Shown here piece after piece: positions 9,775-18,327 of a DNA stretch of 57,476 nucleotides. Every line of letters begins with the position of its first letter. The stretch's first letter is position 1. The translations under genes were made by a program, and so were the position numbers. The notes below the pieces were generated by a model. It saw only the letters and a program-made list of their open reading frames with translations, made no database searches and had not been told where the DNA came from. The stretch is from Methylomonas sp. (GTDB lineage Bacteria; Pseudomonadota; Gammaproteobacteria; Methylococcales; Methylomonadaceae): positions 1-57,476 of the forward strand of contig JALSJK010000116.1 of NCBI GenBank assembly GCA_026989395.1, in the 5' to 3' direction.

Positions 9775-10941
9775 ATGAACATCCATGAGTATCAGGCGAA
9801 GCAAATTTTTCAGGAATACGGTATCCCGGTACCGCCTGGAAAAGTGGTTCGCAGTGCCGCTGAAGTTTCATCAGCAATCAAGGATTTGGGGGGGCAAAGC
9901 TGGGCAGTGAAAGCGCAAGTCCATGCGGGTGGTCGCGGCAAGGTTGGAGGAGTAAAAATCGCTGAAAATGAACAGCAAGCAGCGGAGATTACCGAGGAAT
10001 TGTTAGGAAAGCGGCTGGTTACGCAACAGACCGATGCTCAGGGCTTGCCAATAGAATCAATTTTAATAGAAAAAACCTCACCTATTAAACGTGAATTCTA
10101 TCTTAGCCTGTTAGTTGACCGAGCCACCGAGCGCGTTAGTTTTATCGCTTCTGCGGCTGGCGGAATGGATATCGAAGCGGTAGCCGAACAAACGCCAGAA
10201 AAAATAATAGCTTTTTCAGTACATCCTGCCGCTGGTTTGCAATCGTATCAATGCCGAAAAGTTGGTTTTGCCTTGTTGCTTGATGGCCTGCAGATTAAGG
10301 CATTGGAAAAATTGATGCGCGGCATGTATCAATTATTTCTGGATAAAGATGCCAGTCAGGTGGAAATTAACCCGCTAATTGAAACAGAGCAAGGCGAAGT
10401 GATGGCTTTGGATGCAAAAATCAATTTTGATGATAACTCTTTGCCGCTTCATCAGGATATTCTGGCTATGCAAGATCCTAATCAGGAAGATGAAAAAGAG
10501 AATAAGGCGCAACAATTTGGCCTGAATTATATTACTTTGGATGGCAATATTGCTTGCATGGTTAATGGCGCTGGGCTCGCAATGGCGACCATGGATTTAA
10601 TCAAGCTGAAAGGGGGCGCTCCGGCAAATTTTCTGGATGTCGGCGGCGGCACGACTGCTGAAAAGGTTGCAGAAGCGTTCAAGCTGATCCTCTCAGACGG
10701 CAAGGTCAAAGCAGTTTTGGTTAATATTTTTGGCGGTATTGTGCAATGTGATGTAATTGCCAATGGAATTTTGGCGGCGGTAAAAGAAATAGATATTAAT
10801 GTTCCCGTTGTCGTTCGCTTGGAAGGTACTAATGCCGAAATTGGCAGAAAATTATTGAACGAGTCAGGGTTAGGTTTACTGGCGGCAGATGATTTGTCTT
10901 CAGCAGCAGAGCAAGTCGTAAAATTAGTGGAGGTTGCGTGA
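9775..10941 (+). CDS. sucC: succinyl-CoA synthetase beta subunit
   Basis: '[12 protein letters not shown]...[19 protein letters not shown]' ATP-grasp N-terminus; 388 aa. The start of sucD overlaps its stop. Confidence 0.9.
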   Translation: MNIHEYQAKQIFQEYGIPVPPGKVVRSAAEVSSAIKDLGGQSWAVKAQVHAGGRGKVGGVKIAENEQQAAEITEELLGKRLVTQQTDAQGLPIESILIEKTSPIKREFYLSLLVDRATERVSFIASAAGGMDIEAVAEQTPEKIIAFSVHPAAGLQSYQCRKVGFALLLDGLQIKALEKLMRGMYQLFLDKDASQVEINPLIETEQGEVMALDAKINFDDNSLPLHQDILAMQDPNQEDEKENKAQQFGLNYITLDGNIACMVNGAGLAMATMDLIKLKGGAPANFLDVGGGTTAEKVAEAFKLILSDGKVKAVLVNIFGGIVQCDVIANGILAAVKEIDINVPVVVRLEGTNAEIGRKLLNESGLGLLAADDLSSAAEQVVKLVEVA

Positions 10942-11804
10942 GCATTTTAATCAACAAAGCAACAAAGGTTATTTGTCAGGGTTTTACCGGAAAACAAGGA
11001 ACATTCCATAGCCAACAAGCCATCGAATATGGCACTCAGTTAATGGGCGGTGTTACTCCAGGACGAGGCGGTTCTACCCATTTGGGTTTGCCGGTATTTG
11101 ACACCGTCGAGCAAGCGGTTGGTGAAACCGGAGCCGATGCCACGATGATCTATGTGCCGCCTTTTTTTGCCGCAGATGCCATTTTAGAAGCCGTTGATGC
11201 GGGTATCAAGCTGATTGTTTGTATAACTGAAGGCATCCCCGTCTTGCAAATGTTAAGAGTAAAGGCGGCTATGACTGGGACTGATGCTTTACTGGTCGGA
11301 CCTAACTGTCCTGGAGTTATTACCCCGGGCCAATGCAAGATCGGTATTATGCCTGGAAATATTCACCAGCCTGGCTCAATCGGAATTGTTTCAAGGTCTG
11401 GTACATTAACTTATGAAGCCGTCCATCAAACGACTAATCAAGGGCTGGGACAAAGTAGTTGTGTTGGTATTGGCGGAGATCCAATTCACGGAATGAATTT
11501 TGTAGATGTGTTGCGCTTGCTGCAAGCTGATGAACAAACCGAAGGTATCGTTATGGTTGGCGAGATTGGTGGCGGTGAAGAAGAAGATGCGGCGCAATTT
11601 ATTAAACAGCACGTAACCAAGCCGGTGGTTGCTTATATTGCGGGCCAAACTGCGCCTCCGGGGAAGCGTATGGGTCATGCAGGGGCAATTGTAACCGGAG
11701 GTAAGGGGACTGCAGCCAGTAAGGTGGAAGCGTTACGGGAAGCAGGGATTCATGTGGTGGATTCACCAACCGAACTGGGGCAAACAATTAAAGGGCTTTT
11801 ATAA
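10938..11804 (+). CDS. sucD: succinyl-CoA synthetase alpha subunit
   Basis: '[22 protein letters not shown]' CoA-binding motif, and 'GHAGAIV' containing the catalytic His. Confidence 0.9.
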   Translation: MSILINKATKVICQGFTGKQGTFHSQQAIEYGTQLMGGVTPGRGGSTHLGLPVFDTVEQAVGETGADATMIYVPPFFAADAILEAVDAGIKLIVCITEGIPVLQMLRVKAAMTGTDALLVGPNCPGVITPGQCKIGIMPGNIHQPGSIGIVSRSGTLTYEAVHQTTNQGLGQSSCVGIGGDPIHGMNFVDVLRLLQADEQTEGIVMVGEIGGGEEEDAAQFIKQHVTKPVVAYIAGQTAPPGKRMGHAGAIVTGGKGTAASKVEALREAGIHVVDSPTELGQTIKGLL

Positions 11805-11807
11805 TCC

Positions 11808-13427
11808 ATGTCAATGAAAGTTGCTCTGGCTCAAATCAATTTATTGGTTGGCGACATAGCTGGAAATGCTGCCAAAATTATCCACACCGCGATTCATGCC
11901 AGAGATCAGCTAGCTGCGGAAATTGTGGTATTTCCGGAGCTGACTGTTACTGGTTATCCGCCGGAAGATTTGTTGTTAAGAGCAGACTTCATCAATCAAA
12001 CTGAAAAAGCAGTTGAAAAAATTGTTTCGGAAGTTTCTGGAATAGATGTGGTGCTGGGGTGCCCTGAGCGGGTCCAAGATAAATTGTTCAATTCTGCCGT
12101 AGTGTTACGGGATGGGAAAATTATTGCCCGATACCGGAAAAATAAATTGCCCAATTATGGTGTTTTTGACGAACATCGCTATTTTGATTCTGGGCAGGAA
12201 ATTTGTATTTTTACCAAAAGCGGTAGCCGCTTGGGGTTGACGATTTGCGAGGATATTTGGCAAACCGATGTGGTGGGGCAATATCATGATGCTGGTGTTG
12301 ATATTTTATTGACCCTCAACGCGTCTCCCTTTCACTCCGGAAAAATTCTTGAAAGAGAAAATATTGTTCGGGAACGTGTTAAGGCTTCGGGAATACCTTT
12401 GGTTTATGTTAATCAAATTGGCGGACAGGACGAACTGGTGTTTGACGGCGCATCGTTCGTCATGGACAGGCGTGGCGAAGTGGTTTTCCGGGCGGAAGAA
12501 TTTGCTGAACAGACCAGTATTGTCGAATTTGTTGAAAATCAGCCAATAAAAGGCAATTGTGCGCCACTTTATAGCGAGGTTTCCAGTGACTACCAGGCAT
12601 TGGTTTTAGGGGTCAGGGATTATGTTAACAAAAATGGTTTTCAGGGGGCCGTTTTAGGCTTGTCAGGCGGCATTGATTCGGCCTTGGTTTTAGCGCTTGC
12701 AGTTGACGCCCTGGGGAAAGATAAGGTAACTGCAGTGCTCATGCCTTATCGTTATACTCAGCAAATGAGTATTGATGATGCAGAAGCGGAGGCAAAAGCA
12801 TTGGGAGTAAGCTACCACATTATTTCCATTGAGCCGGCAGTTCAGGCTTTTGAGGATATGTTAGCGAATATTTTTGCTGATACCCCTAAAGATGCCACTG
12901 AAGAAAATATTCAGGCGCGATGCCGGGGTATCGTACTAATGGCACTGTCAAACAAACAAGGGAAAATATTACTGACAACGGGTAATAAAAGCGAAATGAG
13001 TGTCGGCTATGCAACATTGTATGGCGATATGGCGGGAGGCTTTGCGCCAATAAAGGATGTTCCCAAATTGTTAGTATATAAGTTGGCTAATTATAGAAAC
13101 AGTATTTCTCCCGTTATTCCTGAGCGAGTTATTATCCGGCCACCTTCTGCCGAATTAGCGCCTGACCAGATCGATGAAGATTCCTTGCCGCCTTATACAA
13201 TATTGGACCCTATTCTGGAAATGTATGTTGAGCAGGATAAATCAGTAGAAGAAATAATTGCCGCAGGTTTCCCCCGAAAAGATGTGATCAGGGCAATTTC
13301 TTTGGTTGATCGTAATGAATACAAAAGAAGGCAATCTCCTCCTGGAATCAGGATTACACCCCGGGCTTTTGGGCGGGACAGGCGCTATCCAATTACTTCA
13401 GGTTTCAAAGGCTGCAAAATAGATTAA
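11808..13427 (+). CDS. nadE: glutamine-dependent NAD+ synthetase
   Basis: N-terminal CN-hydrolase domain fused to an NAD synthetase domain with 'GLSGGIDSALV' P-loop; 539 aa. Confidence 0.85.
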   Translation: MSMKVALAQINLLVGDIAGNAAKIIHTAIHARDQLAAEIVVFPELTVTGYPPEDLLLRADFINQTEKAVEKIVSEVSGIDVVLGCPERVQDKLFNSAVVLRDGKIIARYRKNKLPNYGVFDEHRYFDSGQEICIFTKSGSRLGLTICEDIWQTDVVGQYHDAGVDILLTLNASPFHSGKILERENIVRERVKASGIPLVYVNQIGGQDELVFDGASFVMDRRGEVVFRAEEFAEQTSIVEFVENQPIKGNCAPLYSEVSSDYQALVLGVRDYVNKNGFQGAVLGLSGGIDSALVLALAVDALGKDKVTAVLMPYRYTQQMSIDDAEAEAKALGVSYHIISIEPAVQAFEDMLANIFADTPKDATEENIQARCRGIVLMALSNKQGKILLTTGNKSEMSVGYATLYGDMAGGFAPIKDVPKLLVYKLANYRNSISPVIPERVIIRPPSAELAPDQIDEDSLPPYTILDPILEMYVEQDKSVEEIIAAGFPRKDVIRAISLVDRNEYKRRQSPPGIRITPRAFGRDRRYPITSGFKGCKID

Positions 13428-13552
13428 TATTTCAAGATATTGATTTGCCCCGTTTTTTGAATGTTCCGGTGGTAGTTTCGCTATATCCGGTGCTTTATTG
13501 ACGGAAAAAGGAAAATTTCCCATAAAAAATGAATTGGGGTTCTTTCCAAAGT

Positions 13553-13722
13553 ATTATACTTCGCGCGGCCACGACTGCGGATTTCTAACGACTGAGTTTT
13601 TGCCGATAGCTGCGTTACTAAAATAGTTGCGTAGCTTGCTATGCGCCTATTTTAGTGCCTTGCTCTCGACAAAAATCAGTATGCTATAAATTCCGCATCC
13701 GTGGCCGCGCGAAGTATGCTAT
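13553..13722. repeat. ~170-bp nested inverted-repeat element (MITE-like, or a structured RNA)
   Basis: Outer arms 'ATACTTCGCGCGGCCACGACTGCGGATTTC' (13553-13585) and 'AATTCCGCATCCGTGGCCGCGCGAAGTAT' (13689-13720) are near-perfect reverse complements. An inner palindrome 'ACTAAAATAG...CTATTTTAGT' lies at 13617-13656. Confidence 0.5.
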
Positions 13723-13989
13723 TTACGGTCAAAAATACCTCGCTACATTCATAATAATTAATTTACATTCAGTATGTTACATAACGTCAAAAGTGCATTT
13801 TTCAGCGTAAACAGTATATATTCAAAAAATTTGCACTTCTTCACATTCTTGTAGCCTCTACCCAATATTATGATCAATAATTGCCTTGAATTAGGGGGGT
13901 TATTGGCTAGACTAAAAGTAGCCACGTCTATATTTACTGTGTTTCCATTTTCTAAACGCTTAAAGGAAAATTAATCAAAGCTGATCTGT

Positions 13990-16900
13990 ATGACTATTAA
14001 AGAAAAAATCAAGGTCTTCACGTTTGTTTTGATGATTGCTGTCGTTTTGACTGCACTTTTTATCAGTTCAAAAAATGCAGATAATATTAATCATCTTGAT
14101 ATTCTTGAGAACCTTAGAAGTGGTGATGCTTTGGTGGCAAAGCTGCAACAGCAGGTTTTGGTTTTACAGAATGGTTTGATTGATAAAAAAGTTGAAACAT
14201 TGCCTTTTAGTAACGGGATACTAAAGTCAATCGACAAATTAAAACAAGAAAAATACCGGCTGTATTTGCATGGTCAACCAGGAATTGATGCCAGTATTGA
14301 TGAGATTATTGCAGAAACTAATAAGCTAGATCGGGCAGTGCAGCAATTTTTGAAGCAAATTTCCCCGCAAATAGATGCAGAAATATACCTTCAGGGCAAA
14401 AAAAACACATCGGATATTGCGCTAAATTCTATTTTCAATAGTACCCAAATAATTGCAAAACATATTGATAACATTAGAGAAACGTATTTAGCAGATTTCA
14501 AGAGTAAACAGGAGTTGGAAAAATACTATAAGCTCGGTATTTTTTTGATTTCTTTAATCCTTTTGCTGATTATTATGAGCTATATGCTTCGACTACGCAG
14601 CTCAGAGCAATCCTTGCGTTCAGCTAATACCCGATTAACAAAAGAAAATGCCCAGCGGAATAAGGTTGAGCATATTCAAAAACAACAAAGTGCATTTCTT
14701 GAATCTGTTTTGGATAATATTACTGATGCAGTCGCTGCTTGTGACAAATATGGAAATATAAAGTTATTGAATCGCACGGCACGCAAGATGTTTGGATTCA
14801 CCACGGATTTTCCGGAAATCAATTCGTGGCAAAACTATTGTCGTTTTTATGATGCTGAAAATAAAGAAATTTCTGAGCCAAAAGATAATCCGCTAATAAA
14901 AACATTACGTGGAGAAGATGTTAAGAATGTCGAGATATTAATTAGGCCCAAATTGGGGCAGCCGATTTCTGCAATCGTTAATGCCGAAAGAATTATTGAT
15001 GATCAAGGTGAAACCTTTGGTGCAGTCATATCAATTCGTGATGTTACGGCAATGAAAGCAGCTGAAGTTGAGTTGCGTATTTCTGCAGTTGCGTTTGAAG
15101 CGCACGAAGCCATTATGATCACTGATCATGAAACTAATATTGTTAGGGTTAATGAGCGCTTTCGAGATTTAACTGGGTTTAGTCTGGATGAGGTTTATGG
15201 CCAGAAGCCAAGTTTATTTAAGTCTGGACTGCATGATCAGGACTTCTATAAGCAGATGTGGCGGGATTTGAATTTATATGGTTATTGGCAGGGAGAAATT
15301 TATAATAAAAAGAAAAGTGGCGATATTTTTCCGGAATGGCTAAGTATTTCAGTTGTAAAGGATAAAAAAGGCCAGATTTCTCATTATGTTTCTCATTTCA
15401 GGGATATCACCGAAATCAAGCTGCAAGAAGAGCATATTCGCAGAACGGTTGGCGAAGAGAAGGTGTTAAGCAAGTTGCTGCAATTATCATTTGAACCATT
15501 GGAATTATTTTTACAGCATGCCGCTGAAGAGCTGGTATCTGTAGACTGGCTAAATATTTTGCCGCATTGCGGTATTTTTCTAAACGAAAATAATGGTGAA
15601 GGGTGGGTTTTAAAATTAATTGCCAATCACAATTTGCCAATGGAGCTGGTTGAAAGTTGTACTAAAGTCTCTTTTGGAAAGTGTTTTTGCGGCAAAGCGG
15701 CGGCAGAACAGCAGCTTCAGTTTATTAATTATTCCGAAAATAAATCTTCTGAAAGATGTAAAAACATGGCTCCGCAAGGTCATTTTAATGTTCCGATTTT
15801 GGACGGCGAAAAAGTTTTGGGCGTTATTGTGTTATTTGTTGCACAGGAGCATCAGCAAAAAGATTATGAGGCCAATTTTCTTAAGCGTGTTGCTGACACA
15901 TTAAGTTTATGTATTTCCAGAAAGCAAGCAGAGGCTCAGGCTCAGTATTTGGCATACCACGACGGTCTGACCAAATTGCCAAATCGCTTATTATTGATCG
16001 ACAGACTAAAACAAATAATTGCAAGCGATAAACGTAATAATCGTTATAGCGCATTAATGTACATTGACTTTGATCGGTTCAAAAATATCAACGATTCGCT
16101 CGGCCATCCAGTGGGTGATGCATTGCTAATTGAAATCGCAAAACGATTTAGCCGTATCGTCAGGGCGGAAGATACAGTCGCGCGATTGGGTGGTGATGAG
16201 TTTGTTGTGGTCATTACAGATATTGTTCCTGAGCATGATGCGGCCATACTGGAAGCGCGTACTGTCGCGGAAAAATTACAGGCCACGATCGCAGAAGAGT
16301 TTCATGTGATGGAGCATGTTTTATTTACCTCTCTGAGTGCCGGTATTGTGATTATAACGGGTGAAGAAAGTGATCCTGACACTTTGCTAATGCAGGCTGA
16401 TACTGCCATGTACAAGGCGAAAGAAAGTGGCCGCGATAAGGTGAAGTTTTTTCTCCCGGAAATGCAGGATGTCGCGGATAAGCGGCTTAATTTGGAAAAA
16501 GAATTGCGCTATGCGCTTGAGCGCGATGAATTACATCTTTTTTATCAGCCCCAGTTTAATCAGCACAATGAGTTATTTGGGGCAGAGGCATTGCTACGTT
16601 GGCAGCATAAAAAACATGGCATGATTTCACCAGCAGATTTTATTCCCATTGCTGAAGAGACGGGGCTTATACTTCCTATTGGTGAATGGGTGTTGCATAC
16701 TGCTTGTGAGCAAATAAAAGCATGGCAGCACCTTCAAGGGTTCAGGCATATTTCAGTGAATGTCAGTCCCGCTCAATTCAGGCAAGCGGATTTTGTCGAA
16801 ACAGTGAAGCATGTAGTTGCAGCGACGCGCATCGACCCAAAGAAGTTGACGCTGGAAATCACCGAGGGAATTATGGTTAGTCAGGGAGATGAAGTGATAA

Positions 16901-17265
16901 AAAAGATGGCTGCTCTGAAAAGACTAGGGGTGCATTTTTCAATTGATGATTTTGGCACTGGGTTTTCTTCATTAGCTTATTTAAAGCGTTTTCCTGTTGA
17001 TCAATTAAAAATAGATAAGTCTTTTGTCGATGATATTTGCAGTGAAGATGAAAACGCGCAGGTCATAATTGAAACTATCATTGTCATGGCGGAACGGTTG
17101 GGATTTGAAATCATTGCTGAAGGAGTGGAGACAAAGGAACAATTAACTTTCCTTAAATCCAGAAAATGCTGGAATTATCAAGGTTATTATTTCAGCAAGG
17201 CGCTAGAAAGAAAGGATTTTGAGCATAAATATTTGGCTTTGACGGAAATGGATGGTGACAAATAA
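13990..17265 (+). CDS. membrane-bound multi-sensor c-di-GMP signalling protein (periplasmic sensor-TM-PAS-PAS-GAF-GGDEF-EAL)
   Basis: Two TM segments flank a ~150-aa periplasmic region. Two PAS-like segments follow, then a GAF-like region with a Cys cluster 'CTKVSFGKCFCGK'. 'RLGGDEFVV' marks the GGDEF domain, and 'EALLRW' and 'QLKIDKSFV' mark the EAL domain. Confidence 0.85.
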   Translation: MTIKEKIKVFTFVLMIAVVLTALFISSKNADNINHLDILENLRSGDALVAKLQQQVLVLQNGLIDKKVETLPFSNGILKSIDKLKQEKYRLYLHGQPGIDASIDEIIAETNKLDRAVQQFLKQISPQIDAEIYLQGKKNTSDIALNSIFNSTQIIAKHIDNIRETYLADFKSKQELEKYYKLGIFLISLILLLIIMSYMLRLRSSEQSLRSANTRLTKENAQRNKVEHIQKQQSAFLESVLDNITDAVAACDKYGNIKLLNRTARKMFGFTTDFPEINSWQNYCRFYDAENKEISEPKDNPLIKTLRGEDVKNVEILIRPKLGQPISAIVNAERIIDDQGETFGAVISIRDVTAMKAAEVELRISAVAFEAHEAIMITDHETNIVRVNERFRDLTGFSLDEVYGQKPSLFKSGLHDQDFYKQMWRDLNLYGYWQGEIYNKKKSGDIFPEWLSISVVKDKKGQISHYVSHFRDITEIKLQEEHIRRTVGEEKVLSKLLQLSFEPLELFLQHAAEELVSVDWLNILPHCGIFLNENNGEGWVLKLIANHNLPMELVESCTKVSFGKCFCGKAAAEQQLQFINYSENKSSERCKNMAPQGHFNVPILDGEKVLGVIVLFVAQEHQQKDYEANFLKRVADTLSLCISRKQAEAQAQYLAYHDGLTKLPNRLLLIDRLKQIIASDKRNNRYSALMYIDFDRFKNINDSLGHPVGDALLIEIAKRFSRIVRAEDTVARLGGDEFVVVITDIVPEHDAAILEARTVAEKLQATIAEEFHVMEHVLFTSLSAGIVIITGEESDPDTLLMQADTAMYKAKESGRDKVKFFLPEMQDVADKRLNLEKELRYALERDELHLFYQPQFNQHNELFGAEALLRWQHKKHGMISPADFIPIAEETGLILPIGEWVLHTACEQIKAWQHLQGFRHISVNVSPAQFRQADFVETVKHVVAATRIDPKKLTLEITEGIMVSQGDEVIKKMAALKRLGVHFSIDDFGTGFSSLAYLKRFPVDQLKIDKSFVDDICSEDENAQVIIETIIVMAERLGFEIIAEGVETKEQLTFLKSRKCWNYQGYYFSKALERKDFEHKYLALTEMDGDK

Positions 17266-17354
17266 CCTTGTTTGTTATTTGGGGCGTTAAAAGCGCCTTG
17301 CATTTTTATAGTTAAAATCTGACCTTAAACTTTAAAGTTCAAACTGAGATCTAA

Positions 17355-17864
17355 ATGACAATGAATCGGGAATTGCTATTATTAAGGCATGGGAAGTCAA
17401 ATTGGAAGGTAGATGTTGATGATTTTTCTCGGCCATTAAAAAAAAGAGGTATACGTGCTGCCAGACAAGTGGGAAAGTGGCTTTATAAGCAGAATTTAAT
17501 CCCGGACCTCATTATCAGTTCTCCGGCAGAAAGGGCAATTTCTACAGCAGAAATTACATCTGAGGCAATGGGTGTGGATGCGCAAGTCATACAACATGAA
17601 AAGCGGCTTTATGAGTCTGATATTGAAAGCCTGTTGAACGTCCTAATTGAATTGCCGGACAATGCTGTCAGGGTGCTAATGGTTGGCCATAATCCAGAGT
17701 TCGAAGAATTGCTGATTTTTTTGTCAGCAAAAAAAATTATAATCCCCGAAGACGGCAAGCTTCTGCCAACTGCTGCTTTGGCGAGGCTTAATATTTCTTG
17801 TGAATGGAGTGAAGTTGCAAAAAAATGTGCAAAAGTGCTTGAGGTGAAGCGTCCGGATCGTTAA
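17355..17864 (+). CDS. sixA: histidine phosphatase family protein (SixA-like phosphohistidine phosphatase)
   Basis: 'LLLLRHGKS' catalytic RHG motif at the N-terminus. 169 aa, which is SixA size. Confidence 0.6.
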   Translation: MTMNRELLLLRHGKSNWKVDVDDFSRPLKKRGIRAARQVGKWLYKQNLIPDLIISSPAERAISTAEITSEAMGVDAQVIQHEKRLYESDIESLLNVLIELPDNAVRVLMVGHNPEFEELLIFLSAKKIIIPEDGKLLPTAALARLNISCEWSEVAKKCAKVLEVKRPDR

Positions 17865-17953
17865 GTTGCAGGAAGGTGTGTTTAATTAGATGATAGCTTA
17901 CTGGAGAGATTTTTTTCAGAGTCAGGCTGGATGTTGGGCGGTGAGTTTACAAT

Positions 17954-17979
17954 AACCCAGCTAACGAATTAGCTGGGTT
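17954..17979. terminator. weak stem-loop between convergent genes (sixA-like and the small lipoprotein gene); weak terminator candidate
   Basis: 'AACCCAGCT-aacgaatt-AGCTGGGTT' is a perfect 9-bp stem. No clean U-run follows on either strand. Confidence 0.35.
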
Positions 17980-17995
17980 ATATAAAGCCTATACC

Positions 17996-18115
17996 TTATT
18001 TAATTTGAGATATAGAGCTTGAAACTCTTTGTTGTGATCCATCAGGATCATCCATGCAGCCAGTCAAACCTACTACCATAAGAGTCGCAGCTAATAAAGT
18101 TACGATTTTTTTCAT
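17996..18115 (-). CDS. 39-aa small lipoprotein (entericidin-like architecture), not in ORF track
   Basis: Translation: MKKIVTLLAATLMVVGLTGCMDDPDGSQQRVSSSISQIK. It has a signal peptide with lipobox 'LTGC'. A canonical 'AGGAGG' SD lies 7 nt upstream of the ATG. Confidence 0.6.
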   Translation of the reverse strand: MKKIVTLLAATLMVVGLTGCMDDPDGSQQRVSSSISQIK

Positions 18116-18327
18116 TATATATCCTCCTAAAGAATTTTATTTTTTTACAAACCCTCAAAGCAAGGGTAGATAATTTATATCATGACTCTATTTATGATGC
18201 AATAATAAATTTCAGGTCTTGTTAAAATTGTTGGGCTAATTTTCCAATTAAAAGCCGTGTTGAATAGCTTTACGCTGAATTTGAATATTACCCAAATAAG
18301 GATCTTAGTTTTCTACCCTTGTGTTTT

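Noticed and set aside
17285-17312. Weak stem 'GGCG-ttaaaa-GCGCC' + T-run after the GGDEF-EAL gene
   Set aside because: The stem is only 4-5 bp, with an interrupted U-tract. This is insufficient to call a terminator.
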